From an uncultured bacterium (GTDB taxonomy: Bacteria > Babelota > Babeliae > Babelales > Vermiphilaceae), in contig OY968764.1 of the NCBI GenBank assembly GCA_963695335.1, positions 1,216,001 through 1,280,000 on the forward strand: a stretch of 64,000 nucleotides of DNA. The letters run 5' to 3'. The translations under genes were made by a program, and so were the position numbers. Numbering within the stretch: the first letter of the stretch is position 1; each line of letters begins with the position of its first letter. Positions 31,629 to 41,292 of the stretch are shown one piece after another. Under the pieces are notes generated by a model. It saw only the letters and a program-made list of their open reading frames with translations. It was not told the origin of the DNA and did no database searches.

Positions 31629-32921
31629 TTATAGCTTAACATATTGTTTCGCTTCTTCAAAGCGTTTCAATAACTTAGCTACGTCAGGAACAGTAACTCC
31701 TGCCCCTTGAGCAATGCGCTGCATACGAGAATTATTTAGAATAGTCGTATTGAGTCGCTCTTTTAACGTCATAGAAGAAATTATTGCCCGAAATCTTACA
31801 AGTTCAACTTCCCCTCTCTGAATCATCTCAGGAGAAATATTTAAACCCATTCCTGGCATATATTTAAGTAATTGTGAGAGCGAGCCAATTTTATTCATCA
31901 TCGCCATCTGGTCTGCAAAGTCTTGCAAAGTAAAAGCCCCTGATCTGAGCGCCTGTTCAGCCTTTTCTTGTTCTGCAGCAGAAACTTTTTCCTCTGCGCG
32001 CTCTATTAATGTACGGATATCGCCCATACCAAGCATGCGTTGCGCAGCACGATCGGGGTAAAAAACATCCAAATCAGTAACTTTTTCGCCTTCACCCACA
32101 AAAATAATCGGTTTTTTTAATACAAAACGGAACGCAAATGCCGCTCCACCGCGCGTATCACTATCCATCTTGGTCAATACTGCTCCCTGAAAACCAATAG
32201 TATCATCAAAAGCCTTAGCCACCGCCAATGATTCTTGCCCTGTCATTGCATCAAGAACAAGCACTTTATATGAAGGTCGCAGCAATGCATCAATTTCTTG
32301 TAACTCCTGCAACATCGTATTATCAATATGCAAACGCCCCGCAGTATCAAGCAGAATAACATCAAAGCCATTACTTTTACCAAAAGTCATGATCTCTTTT
32401 GCTGCCATCACTGGATCACTGCTTTGGGCACGATAAAAAGAAATATCAACCTGACGTGCAAGCACTTCAAGCTGATCTATTGCCGCTGGACGATAAAAAT
32501 CGACTGAACCAACTAAAATTTTTCTAACTACTTTATTTTTTTCGGCATCTTTTTTTATTTTATAAGCCAGCTTACCAATAGTTGTTGTTTTACCTGAGCC
32601 TTGCAATCCCATTACCATCATAGTTAATGGAAAAGAAAATGAAAAATCCGCATCTTCGCCGCCAAGAAATTCAACAATTTTTTGCTGAACAACTATCATG
32701 AGCTGTTCTGCCGGCTTGAGCGCATTAACTATCTTTTGTCCAACAACATCTATTTTTACCGCTGCTATAAACGTTTGCACAACACCATATGGAACATCCG
32801 CTTCTAATAACGCTTGTTCCACGCTATTCAATGTTTCTTGAATATTTTGTTCTGTAAGTTTTTTGGAATTTTCAAGACCTGAAAATAGTGATGAAAATTT
32901 TTGTGAAAGGAAATCAAACAT
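31629..32921 (-). CDS. ffh: Signal recognition particle protein Ffh
   Basis: ALLEADV, GLQGSGKTT, DTAGR, TKMD, M-domain IISSMT.KER. Confidence 0.96.
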   Translation of the reverse strand: MFDFLSQKFSSLFSGLENSKKLTEQNIQETLNSVEQALLEADVPYGVVQTFIAAVKIDVVGQKIVNALKPAEQLMIVVQQKIVEFLGGEDADFSFSFPLTMMVMGLQGSGKTTTIGKLAYKIKKDAEKNKVVRKILVGSVDFYRPAAIDQLEVLARQVDISFYRAQSSDPVMAAKEIMTFGKSNGFDVILLDTAGRLHIDNTMLQELQEIDALLRPSYKVLVLDAMTGQESLAVAKAFDDTIGFQGAVLTKMDSDTRGGAAFAFRFVLKKPIIFVGEGEKVTDLDVFYPDRAAQRMLGMGDIRTLIERAEEKVSAAEQEKAEQALRSGAFTLQDFADQMAMMNKIGSLSQLLKYMPGMGLNISPEMIQRGEVELVRFRAIISSMTLKERLNTTILNNSRMQRIAQGAGVTVPDVAKLLKRFEEAKQYVKL

Positions 32922-32940
32922 GTTACAAAATCCTCTTGTC

Positions 32941-32981
32941 GTGCTCGTCCTGAGCTTGTCGAAGGATATCTTCGAGCGCTC
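32941..32981 (+). repeat. Left 41-bp inverted repeat (REP-like type B)
   Basis: GTGCTCGTCCTGAGCTTGTCGAAGGATATCTTCGAGCGCTC; 39/41 identical to the reverse complement of 33343-33383. Confidence 0.9.
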
Positions 32982-33050
32982 TTAAACTTCTGGGAATTAA
33001 TTAACAATAAATTTTTAACGTCCATCTTATCATAAATAATAAAGCTTGTC

Positions 33051-33251
33051 CTAAATTTCCCATTCTTTAATCGTTTTCAATCTATCAGGATCTTTGTTTG
33101 CCTCCAGATAGGCTTTTTTTAATAGCGCACGCTCAAGGACTTGAGCAACAAAACAACTTAATTTTCTCTCATCAATCATCGAATGAAGCATGTTATTCAG
33201 TTCTACGGAAATAGAAAAAGTAACTTTTATTTTTTTAGCACGTAATTTCAT
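33051..33251 (-). CDS. Small CopG/ribbon-helix-helix antitoxin-like protein
   Basis: KVTFSI.VEL (strand-helix), RKLSCFVAQVLERAL, AYLEANKDPDR..IKEW. Confidence 0.55.
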   Translation of the reverse strand: MKLRAKKIKVTFSISVELNNMLHSMIDERKLSCFVAQVLERALLKKAYLEANKDPDRLKTIKEWEI

Positions 33252-33342
33252 AATTTTTTACTGATATTTCCCCAAGAAAGAACTCCTATACACAACAACA
33301 TTATTCTATGCTACAATTATAAAGAAAATTAGATTTTTCTTC

Positions 33343-33383
33343 GAGCGCTCAAAGATATCCTTCGACAAGCTCAGGACGAGCGC
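33343..33383 (-). repeat. Right 41-bp inverted repeat (REP-like type B)
   Basis: GAGCGCTCAAAGATATCCTTCGACAAGCTCAGGACGAGCGC. Confidence 0.9.
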
Positions 33384-33407
33384 AGCGAGGATGAGGAAAA
33401 AAATCCC

Positions 33408-34511
33408 ATGAAAAAACAAGCTACTGCTACCGCAATATACCCAAAGACTCTCCTTCTGGGCGTACAAACCCCTGAAAATTACATGGTTAATACCGATTCT
33501 TATTTTGAAGAATTTCGCAATTTAGCACGCACAAATGGCGTGCAAGATGCTGAAGAACTTATTATTAAAATTCGTACCATTGAACCTGGCTATTTTCTCA
33601 CTAAAGGAAAACAAGAAGAAGTCAAAGCTTTTTGTGACGAGCATGAAATTGAACAAGTTATCATCTCAGAACCGCTCTCTTCGCGTCAAGCAGGTAACTT
33701 GGGTGAACTGCTCCATTGTGATATTTTTGACAGAACAGAGCTTATTTTAGAAATTTTTGAAAAAGCAGCTCATACCGCTGAAGGTAAGATGCAGGTTGAA
33801 ATTGCACGTCTGCAGCACAAAAAATCACGTCTTGCTGGTCGCGGCGTTCACTTTGCACAACAGAGTGGTGCCATTGGTGTTCGCGGTGGTTTTGGTGAAA
33901 CTGCAAAAGAAAAAGAAACGCGTCACATTGAAAATAGCATCTTGCAAATCAAAAGACATCTTGCAGTCATGCACAAAGCACGTGAAACACAACGCAAACA
34001 ACGGTTGAGCAACAAAGAACCTAATATTTGTCTTATTGGATACACCAACGCTGGAAAATCAACAATCCTAAACACACTCACCAACAGCAATGTACTTGCT
34101 GAAGACAAACTGTTTGCAACCCTTGACACAACAACACGTTCACTTTTTATTAACGGCAAGAAAAAAGGTACGTTATCAGATACTGTTGGATTTATCCAAA
34201 ACCTCCCAACACGACTCATTGATGCATTCAAATCAACACTTTCAGAGCTGCATCATGCTGATCTTTTATTACATGTTGTTGATATCTCCGATCCAGGTTG
34301 GCAAAATCACATCCGCGTTGTTAATGAAATCTTACAGGATCTCGAAGTTGAAACGCCAACACTGTATGTGTTTAATAAAGCCGATAAAACTGACACTTTA
34401 TTGCTCGCTGGCGCTCTTGAAAAATATGAGCCTCATGTAATTGTTTCATCTCTTTCAAAAAAAGGCATTAACCCTTTAATTGAATACATCAGCAGCTGGA
34501 TGCCAGAATAA
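33408..34511 (+). CDS. hflX: GTPase HflX
   Basis: DRTELILEIF, EGKMQVEIA, GYTNAGKST, LFATLDTTTR, DTVGFI, NKAD. Confidence 0.96.
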   Translation: MKKQATATAIYPKTLLLGVQTPENYMVNTDSYFEEFRNLARTNGVQDAEELIIKIRTIEPGYFLTKGKQEEVKAFCDEHEIEQVIISEPLSSRQAGNLGELLHCDIFDRTELILEIFEKAAHTAEGKMQVEIARLQHKKSRLAGRGVHFAQQSGAIGVRGGFGETAKEKETRHIENSILQIKRHLAVMHKARETQRKQRLSNKEPNICLIGYTNAGKSTILNTLTNSNVLAEDKLFATLDTTTRSLFINGKKKGTLSDTVGFIQNLPTRLIDAFKSTLSELHHADLLLHVVDISDPGWQNHIRVVNEILQDLEVETPTLYVFNKADKTDTLLLAGALEKYEPHVIVSSLSKKGINPLIEYISSWMPE

Positions 34512-34603
34512 CGATCTGTCATAAATAATTGAGCTAAAAAAAAATGTGTTGTATGTTACTACGCAAGTAATGTACAGCATATTTTTTTTGAAGGAGATAC
34601 GTA

Positions 34604-36049
34604 ATGAAGACCCATCTCATTTTTCAATTTGATCAATTATCTTTCCCCGCTCGCCCTGAGTGTTTTACGGAGTGTAACGTAGTAAAATGTATCGAAGGGT
34701 TAATCGAGCGAAAATTAGTAAAATATAGTTTTTTATGTTACATATTTCTAATATTTTTCGCACCTCTACATGGCATGGAACAAGAACAACAAAAAGGACC
34801 CATGGATTCCATCTGGTTTTATGACAAAAGCCATGTATTCGCGCAAGCAAATCAATATCACCAAGAACAACAATGGAAAAAAGCTACTGAAGAATACACT
34901 CGATATCTTACTGGAATAGAATTCGGGAATATGATGGCTAACATCTGCGGATTACATTATCAAATATATGGCCCCTCAGAATATGATAGAAATAAAGCGT
35001 ATTTAAATTTAGCTGCATGCCTCATGGCGCAACGCAAAGCTTCAAATTACTGGAAAAGCTTTGACGTATTATTAAACATTCCACTATCACAACGTATTTC
35101 ATCATCACTCATCAACGATCATCAAAAACCTCTCAAAGATCAAGTGGTTCTTGTGCGCACTGATCAAATTGGCCTTGGTGATGTTTTTTGTTTTTTATCA
35201 GCCGCTCATGAATTAAAAAAACGTACCGAATGCCATATTATATTATCCGTACCATATATTCTCAAGGGAGCATCAATAAGCGCTGCACAAAAATACGGAT
35301 TCAAATTAATTACCGCAATAGATAAACCTACAATCACCATTCCGTATGAAACACACTTAATCGCCCTTCTTGGCCATTTACATCTCACCCCTTCCCAAAT
35401 GAATCCTAAAAAAGTTGTCTTCACTGCTCCAGAACGTGCAATAAATGCAATACTCGAACAGATCGAGCCTGTATTAGAACAAGGTAACATTCTTGTTGTT
35501 GCCGATAGAGGAGAAGTTGGCCGCCAAACAAATCCTGCTCTTATTGGAGGTAAACAATTACCTCACAACAGTGATGATCACGGCAGACATCTTGATTCAG
35601 AACCATTCAATGCATTGCTCAAAAATAGTTCGACAATTACACTGCTTGACTGCAGTAACAAAAACAATCGCATTACTATTGATGAAAAACACAAAAATCG
35701 TTATCTCATTGTCGCTCCTGAGGAACAACCATTTGATACGATCATTGCTCTTGGACGTATTATGAGCACTAAAAAAAATATTATCGCATTTGGACCTGAC
35801 ATGGGACAAACAAATGTATTTATGCGTTCACTTGATCATGATGCGCAAGACCGTATGGCATTTATTATTCCTAATGCACAAGAACATGATATGCGTATGG
35901 AAGGAGAAGGTTCAAAATACAAACACATGATATCTAACTGTTGGGTATATAAATGCGCAACACCACAAAATCAAACACAAGTAATAGAACAAGCTTACAA
36001 TGATATGTTGCGATACACACTCAAAAATACCAATAACGAAAAAAAATAA
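34604..36049 (+). CDS. Divergent TPR/glycosyltransferase-like secreted protein with in-frame REP insertion
   Basis: SD GAAGGAG; h-region ending LHGME; TPR-like helix; IGLGDVFCF resembles the GLGDT motif of the neighbouring genes. Confidence 0.6.
   Translation: MKTHLIFQFDQLSFPARPECFTECNVVKCIEGLIERKLVKYSFLCYIFLIFFAPLHGMEQEQQKGPMDSIWFYDKSHVFAQANQYHQEQQWKKATEEYTRYLTGIEFGNMMANICGLHYQIYGPSEYDRNKAYLNLAACLMAQRKASNYWKSFDVLLNIPLSQRISSSLINDHQKPLKDQVVLVRTDQIGLGDVFCFLSAAHELKKRTECHIILSVPYILKGASISAAQKYGFKLITAIDKPTITIPYETHLIALLGHLHLTPSQMNPKKVVFTAPERAINAILEQIEPVLEQGNILVVADRGEVGRQTNPALIGGKQLPHNSDDHGRHLDSEPFNALLKNSSTITLLDCSNKNNRITIDEKHKNRYLIVAPEEQPFDTIIALGRIMSTKKNIIAFGPDMGQTNVFMRSLDHDAQDRMAFIIPNAQEHDMRMEGEGSKYKHMISNCWVYKCATPQNQTQVIEQAYNDMLRYTLKNTNNEKK
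34647..34710 (+). repeat. REP-like type A inside CDS (encodes PARPECFTECNVVKCIEG)
   Basis: CCGCTCGCCCTGAGTG-TTTTAC GGAGTGTAACGTA GTAAAA-TGTATCGAAGGG. Confidence 0.85.
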
Positions 36050-36082
36050 TTAAGAAATTACTGTATAAAAAAAGGAAAATTT

Positions 36083-37924
36083 ATGGAACAAACCAGAAGC
36101 AAAATTAATACCGCCATCCTTCGATACATTTTTGAAGACAAAAACACTCAGGACGAGCGGAAAGAAAAAACACACAACCGCACGCTCCTGCAAAGGAAAA
36201 TGTATCGAAGGGTTGCGGCTCTCTTATTTACCGCAACACTGTGCCATGCCACTGATCAACTGACGTTCCAAGCAATTGAAAGTTATCTCAAAAAACCGCA
36301 ACCTCACTCATATGTTGATTACCAATCATTTGAAGCGCTGTGCAAACATGCAAACGGTCTTTTTACCGCAGAACAGTATGAAGAAGCGATCGCATTTTAC
36401 AAACAAGCACTTGCACTCAACCCAACATGCGCGCAGATCTTTTTTAATCTTGGACAAGCACTGTATCACGCAAAAAAATATTCTGAAGCATTATATGCAT
36501 ACAAAAAAACTGTTCAACACAAAAAAGATCATTACCGTGCATATGTTCAGATTGGCAAAGTAATGATGGATGTAAAACAGACAAAAGATGCCATTGAACC
36601 ACTTAAACAATCTCTTATTCTTGAACCAAATAATCCTGATGCACGATTATTACTTTCAAAAGCATATAGCGAAAATAACCGCTTTGATGATTCAATCAAA
36701 ACTATCGTAGAAGGACTTAGGCTTGAACCTGGTCACATTAATATGACATTTGAACTTGGCAATATTTATAACACTGTCAACCGTCTTGATGAATCGCTTG
36801 AAATATATAAAGCTCTTGATCGCTTATTACCAAATAACCCATCAATTTTATACAACATTGCATTTACATATAAAAAACTGGGAGATTTACCAACATCTCT
36901 TCCCTATTACAATCAAGTGCTTGAACTTGAGCCTAATCATTCAGAAGCACTCTTCAGCCGTGGTCTTGCATATCTTGTAATTGGTGATTTTGAACGCGGA
37001 TGGCATGGATATGAATGGCGCTATAGTCGTCCTTCTCAAGGCTCGTTACGCAGTTATAATGAACCGCGTTGGGATGGCTCTGATTTAAATGGAAAAACAA
37101 TTCTCATTCATGCAGAACAAGGACTTGGCGATACATTCCAATTTATTCGTTACGCAAAACTGATTAAAGAAAAAAATGGCACAGTAATTGTTGCAGTACA
37201 AAAACCACTCGTCACACTCATGAAACGTTGCAAAGGAGTTGATCAGGTTATTTCACTTGATGATACTCCTCCACATTTTGATGTCCATTCTCCAATGTTA
37301 TCCTTACCATATGTTATGAAAACTCGTATTGACACTGTCCCAAATGAAATTCCATACATTCATACTGATGAAAAACTTGTTGCAGAATGGAAAGAAAAAT
37401 TAGCAGCAGATAAAAACTTTAAAATTGGTATCTGTTGGCAAGGAAATGATAATTATGCAACACCACTACTCCGAACAACCGTTGCACAAAAATCAGTGCA
37501 TCCAAAAGAATTTGAACCGATTTGCTCTGTACCTGGAGTCAGTATCTACAGCTTGCAAAAAATGACTGGGACTGATCAGCTCAAAGAAATTCCAAGTAGT
37601 ATGCACATCAAAACATTTGATGGTGATTTTGATCAAAGCCATGGGCGTTTTATGGATACTGCTGCGGTTATTAGAAATCTTGATCTTGTTATCACGGTTG
37701 ATACATCAATCAGCCATCTTGCGAGTGGCCTTGGCACACCAACATGGATTTTATTACCAAACCCTGCTGATTGGCGCTGGATGATTGACCGCAACGATTC
37801 TCCTTGGTATCCACAGGTTACTCGTTTATTTAAACAACCAACACCTGGTGATTGGAAATCTATGATTTGCGAAGTTGCGGATGAACTTAAAAAACATATA
37901 GGGAAAAATAATGAAAAAAAATAA
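36083..37924 (+). CDS. TPR repeat + glycosyltransferase family 9-like protein
   Basis: Several TPRs, GWHGYEWR, EQGLGDTFQFIRY, IGICWQG, DTAAVIRNLDLVITVDTSISHLA, DWRW..SPWYP. Confidence 0.9.
   Translation: MEQTRSKINTAILRYIFEDKNTQDERKEKTHNRTLLQRKMYRRVAALLFTATLCHATDQLTFQAIESYLKKPQPHSYVDYQSFEALCKHANGLFTAEQYEEAIAFYKQALALNPTCAQIFFNLGQALYHAKKYSEALYAYKKTVQHKKDHYRAYVQIGKVMMDVKQTKDAIEPLKQSLILEPNNPDARLLLSKAYSENNRFDDSIKTIVEGLRLEPGHINMTFELGNIYNTVNRLDESLEIYKALDRLLPNNPSILYNIAFTYKKLGDLPTSLPYYNQVLELEPNHSEALFSRGLAYLVIGDFERGWHGYEWRYSRPSQGSLRSYNEPRWDGSDLNGKTILIHAEQGLGDTFQFIRYAKLIKEKNGTVIVAVQKPLVTLMKRCKGVDQVISLDDTPPHFDVHSPMLSLPYVMKTRIDTVPNEIPYIHTDEKLVAEWKEKLAADKNFKIGICWQGNDNYATPLLRTTVAQKSVHPKEFEPICSVPGVSIYSLQKMTGTDQLKEIPSSMHIKTFDGDFDQSHGRFMDTAAVIRNLDLVITVDTSISHLASGLGTPTWILLPNPADWRWMIDRNDSPWYPQVTRLFKQPTPGDWKSMICEVADELKKHIGKNNEKK
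36118..36218. repeat. Pair of REP-like type A elements inside CDS (one full, one partial)
   Basis: CCTTCGATACATTTTTGAAGACAAAAACACTCAGGACGAGCGG (36118-36160) and ...AAAATGTATCGAAGGG (36178-36218). Confidence 0.85.
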
Positions 37925-39317
37925 CTCATTAATTTCGTTCGTATGGTTCGACAGGCTCACCACGAACGGAGGAAACAAATCTTTATTCCCGTTCGTACTG
38001 AGCTTGTCGAAGTATACGAACACATTATTATTAATCTTGTCCATCTCCACCGCAACATACTCAACCCCTTCCATTGAAACCGCAATAGAATACCAACAAA
38101 ACGAAGATTTCCCACAAGCCATTTCTGCATTTGAAGAAATAGTATGTAACGAGCCGTATAATCTATCCGCATTCTTTAGTCTTGGTTGTTGCTATCTTGC
38201 TCTTGGACAATACAACAAAGCTCTCACCGCTTTTGATACTATTCTTGCATATAGCCCGCACACATTACCTGCACTGTATAACAAAGCATTTACCTATAAA
38301 ACAATGGGTGATCTTGATACAGCAATCGCATTATATAAACAGGTTATTGCAATTGATCCAGATTATGAACCAGCACACTTGGGTCTTGGATTTGCATACA
38401 TAACCAATGGTGATTTTGAAAATGGTTGGAAACAGCACGAACGTTATTTAAAACAGAGTGGAAAAAATGGTGATGCATTACGCAAACTATTACAAGACAA
38501 TACAATTGCACACAAAACCATTGTTCTTCGCCCAGAAGGTGGCCTTGGTGATACACTCAATTTTATTCGTTATGCAGAAATCCTCAAAGATATGCAAACG
38601 AATGTGATTGTTGCATGCCAAAAACCATTGATCCCATTACTTTCTCGTTGCCCATTTATTGATCAACTCATACCATGTGGGGCACAAACACCAGAATATA
38701 ATGCTGACGCAACACTCATGAGTTTACCTGCAATTTTTAATGATAGTGATCAAACTGCACCACAAAACATTCCATATCTTTTTGCAGATCCAGCACTTGT
38801 TACATACTGGCAAGAACGCCTTGCACATGACACCAACTTTAAAATTGGTATCTGTTGGCAAGCTGATTTTAATAATGATAAACCATCAAAATTGCCAATT
38901 GCTCGCCGTGGAGTTCCTCTCCAAAACTTTGCATCATTAGCAGCAATTGATGGTGTTAGTTTGTATAGTTTACAAAAATATGATGGTACTGAACAACTTG
39001 CTACATCCAATTTTGCAATTATCACATTTAATAATCTTGATGAATATACCGGACCATTTATGGATACCGCTGCAATCATCAAGAATCTCGATTTAATTAT
39101 TACTGTTGACACTGCAATGGTACATCTTGCTGGTGGACTTGGTGCAAATGTTTGGTTATTGCATCCTTATGCAACTGCTGACTGGCGCTGGATTTGCCAC
39201 CGTGATGATTCTTACTGGTATCCAAATCTACGTATTTTTAAACAACAAAAACCGTTTGATTATGATGGGGTTATTGAACAAGTGCATCTTGCATTGCAAC
39301 AATTAATATTGAGTTAA
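37911..39317 (+). CDS. TPR repeat + glycosyltransferase family 9-like protein (paralog)
   Basis: TPRs, EGGLGDTLNFIRY, IGICWQA, DTAAIIKNLDLIITVDTAMVHLAG, DWRW..WYP. Confidence 0.9.
   Translation: MKKNNSLISFVWFDRLTTNGGNKSLFPFVLSLSKYTNTLLLILSISTATYSTPSIETAIEYQQNEDFPQAISAFEEIVCNEPYNLSAFFSLGCCYLALGQYNKALTAFDTILAYSPHTLPALYNKAFTYKTMGDLDTAIALYKQVIAIDPDYEPAHLGLGFAYITNGDFENGWKQHERYLKQSGKNGDALRKLLQDNTIAHKTIVLRPEGGLGDTLNFIRYAEILKDMQTNVIVACQKPLIPLLSRCPFIDQLIPCGAQTPEYNADATLMSLPAIFNDSDQTAPQNIPYLFADPALVTYWQERLAHDTNFKIGICWQADFNNDKPSKLPIARRGVPLQNFASLAAIDGVSLYSLQKYDGTEQLATSNFAIITFNNLDEYTGPFMDTAAIIKNLDLIITVDTAMVHLAGGLGANVWLLHPYATADWRWICHRDDSYWYPNLRIFKQQKPFDYDGVIEQVHLALQQLILS
37936..38021. repeat. Inverted pair of REP-like type B elements inside CDS (WFDRLTTNG; PFVLSLSKYTN)
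   Basis: GGTTCGACAGGCTCACCACGAACGG and CCGTTCGTACTGAGCTTGTCGAAG. Confidence 0.85.
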
Positions 39318-39347
39318 ATACAGAGATTAAACATTTAACTATTCACT

Positions 39348-39486
39348 CCGCTCGCCCTGAGTGTTCTACAAAGTGAAACGTAGTAGAATGTATCGAAGGG
39401 TGCAATATAAAATAGACTTAATACTATTAATTTTCCGCATACCCTTCGATACATTTTTGCTTCGCAAAAACACTCAGGGCGAGCGG
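39348..39486. repeat. Inverted pair of REP-like type A elements
   Basis: 39348-39400 CCGCTCGCCCTGAGTG..TGTATCGAAGGG; 39442-39486 CCCTTCGATACA..CACTCAGGGCGAGCGG. Confidence 0.88.
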
Positions 39487-39553
39487 AATAAAGCGATTAA
39501 GCGTAAAAGAAGGGGCTTTCGCAAACCCCTTCTCTATTCTTCTTCAAAAACTT

Positions 39554-40078
39554 CTACTTCTTACTCTCCAAATATGGAATCACAACATTATTCATCAGAT
39601 ACAGAGTAGCAATCGTCAGCATCTCTGGATGCGTAGCAATGTCCACACTTTTTGTCACAACCGGAGCAACCACAACCTTAACCGCGTCTGGCAATTGATC
39701 ACATGCAGTAACCAAAGGATTCAGTGAATAACCATTTGCATTTAATACACTCCCAGCTTCACGAATAAGACAATTCACCACAAAATGTTCGCCCGCTTCT
39801 TTGTAATCCAACTTAGATAAATCTGCCTGACATGAACCAATTGCATATCCTGCTGTTTCTAAAGCTGATTTAAGTGCAATGTTATCCGCAGCACACAGCG
39901 ATGTATTATTTGCAAGAAGTGTTCCTCCAATAACATAAACTCCATGCGTTTTGGTATCAGCGACACTCAAAGCTTTTTTCAATTGTTGACTTACAGCACT
40001 TTCACTCGCTTGTGCATGATAAGTAAACACAAACAGTGATAGCACTACAACATGAACTGTAGTACAAAATTTATTCAT
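39554..40078 (-). CDS. Hypothetical secreted protein (paralog of 40162..40656)
   Basis: Signal peptide ending AQA; C-terminal ATHPEMLT. Confidence 0.7.
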   Translation of the reverse strand: MNKFCTTVHVVVLSLFVFTYHAQASESAVSQQLKKALSVADTKTHGVYVIGGTLLANNTSLCAADNIALKSALETAGYAIGSCQADLSKLDYKEAGEHFVVNCLIREAGSVLNANGYSLNPLVTACDQLPDAVKVVVAPVVTKSVDIATHPEMLTIATLYLMNNVVIPYLESKK

Positions 40079-40161
40079 AATAAAAATCCTTTTTTTTAAA
40101 AACAGATCAAAAAAAAGAGAGGTTTTTTTACAACCCCTCTTATATAAAATCAGTAATAAAA

Positions 40162-40656
40162 TTAGTTAGTTTTATTAGTAGATTGACCCAAAGCCATAGG
40201 TACCACTACATTCAATACTACATAAGTTAATACTTCAGGATGAGTAACTGCTTCTGCTACGCCTTCTACAACTGGTTGCACAAAATCATGCGCCATGCCT
40301 GCAGGCAATACATCTAATTTTTTAACTAACGCATCACGATATCCATTCAAACCAATTGCATCACTACCTTTGCGGATTGCATAATCAACAACAAGGCGTT
40401 CTGCAAATTGAGCAGAATCAAGCTTTTTCTTATCATGATCCCATGCATGTGATGCTGAACAAACCGTTGCTTTGATAAAATGATCATTTTTACCATATAT
40501 TTTATCTGCAAACATAGCTGATCCAATAGCTTGTTGATTTTTGCCAACTAAATCAACTAATTTATTGGTAAAAAGAGGACATACTGCTGATGCATTTACT
40601 GCTAATAAAGCAGCAGGAAGAACGAGAACACGAGAGAGCTTTTTCATAAGAGACAC
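40162..40656 (-). CDS. Hypothetical secreted protein (paralog of 39554..40078)
   Basis: Signal peptide ending ASA; C-terminal VTHPEVLT. Confidence 0.7.
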   Translation of the reverse strand: MSLMKKLSRVLVLPAALLAVNASAVCPLFTNKLVDLVGKNQQAIGSAMFADKIYGKNDHFIKATVCSASHAWDHDKKKLDSAQFAERLVVDYAIRKGSDAIGLNGYRDALVKKLDVLPAGMAHDFVQPVVEGVAEAVTHPEVLTYVVLNVVVPMALGQSTNKTN

Positions 40657-40817
40657 CTTTTTTTTTTGAGAAATTATAATTCACCGCCATAATCTATATC
40701 GAGATGGCAGAAAGATCAACATAAAGTTTTCAGAACTCGTCTACTCCTTTACTTTATTTTTATTTTTTTGTACGACTAACTCTAAAAAAAGAGTTACATG
40801 ATTAATTAAGGAGAGTC

Positions 40818-41291
40818 ATGAAGCGTACACGTATATATTACCCATATATTGCATTACTTATTACCATACTATTATCCACCTGCCAAGCATATTGCAACAA
40901 AATTTGTGCAGAAATTTCTTGCGGCGAACTTATCGATAAAATTACCATTCTTAAAATCAAATCAGAACAGATCACTGACCCAGAAAAATTAAAAAACGTA
41001 CACACTGAACTTGCAGCATTACAACAAACATGTGATGAATATATTGGTGAGCATGAACAAGTTGAGCGGCTACAAAAACTTTTACAAGAAATAAATCAAG
41101 CGTTGTGGGATATTGAAGATGCTATTCGTGTTAAAGAACGCAAAAAAGAGTTCGATGCTGAATTTATTGAAATTGCACGCAATGTTTATGTGACTAATGA
41201 TAAACGTTGTATGATTAAAAAAGAGATTGATAAAGTGCTTGGGTCGAGGATTACTGAAGAAAAGTCGTATGAGGAATTTGCGACAAAATAA
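40818..41291 (+). CDS. DUF6165-like coiled-coil protein with signal peptide
   Basis: SCGELIDKITILKIK, INQALWDIEDAIR, FIEIARNVYVTNDKR..IK..I, EEKSY. Confidence 0.8.
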   Translation: MKRTRIYYPYIALLITILLSTCQAYCNKICAEISCGELIDKITILKIKSEQITDPEKLKNVHTELAALQQTCDEYIGEHEQVERLQKLLQEINQALWDIEDAIRVKERKKEFDAEFIEIARNVYVTNDKRCMIKKEIDKVLGSRITEEKSYEEFATK

Positions 41292-41292
41292 A

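Noticed and set aside
31610..31640. Truncated ffh C-terminus
   Set aside because: The M domain appears complete; only a short variable tail could be missing, which cannot be judged here.
32828..33025. 65-aa ORF overlapping the ffh start
   Set aside because: Reads through a REP (YPSTSSGRA) and runs out of frame over ffh.
39361..39609. 82-aa plus-strand ORF
   Set aside because: It is a translation of two REP copies and a terminator-like hairpin, and overlaps the end of a real gene.
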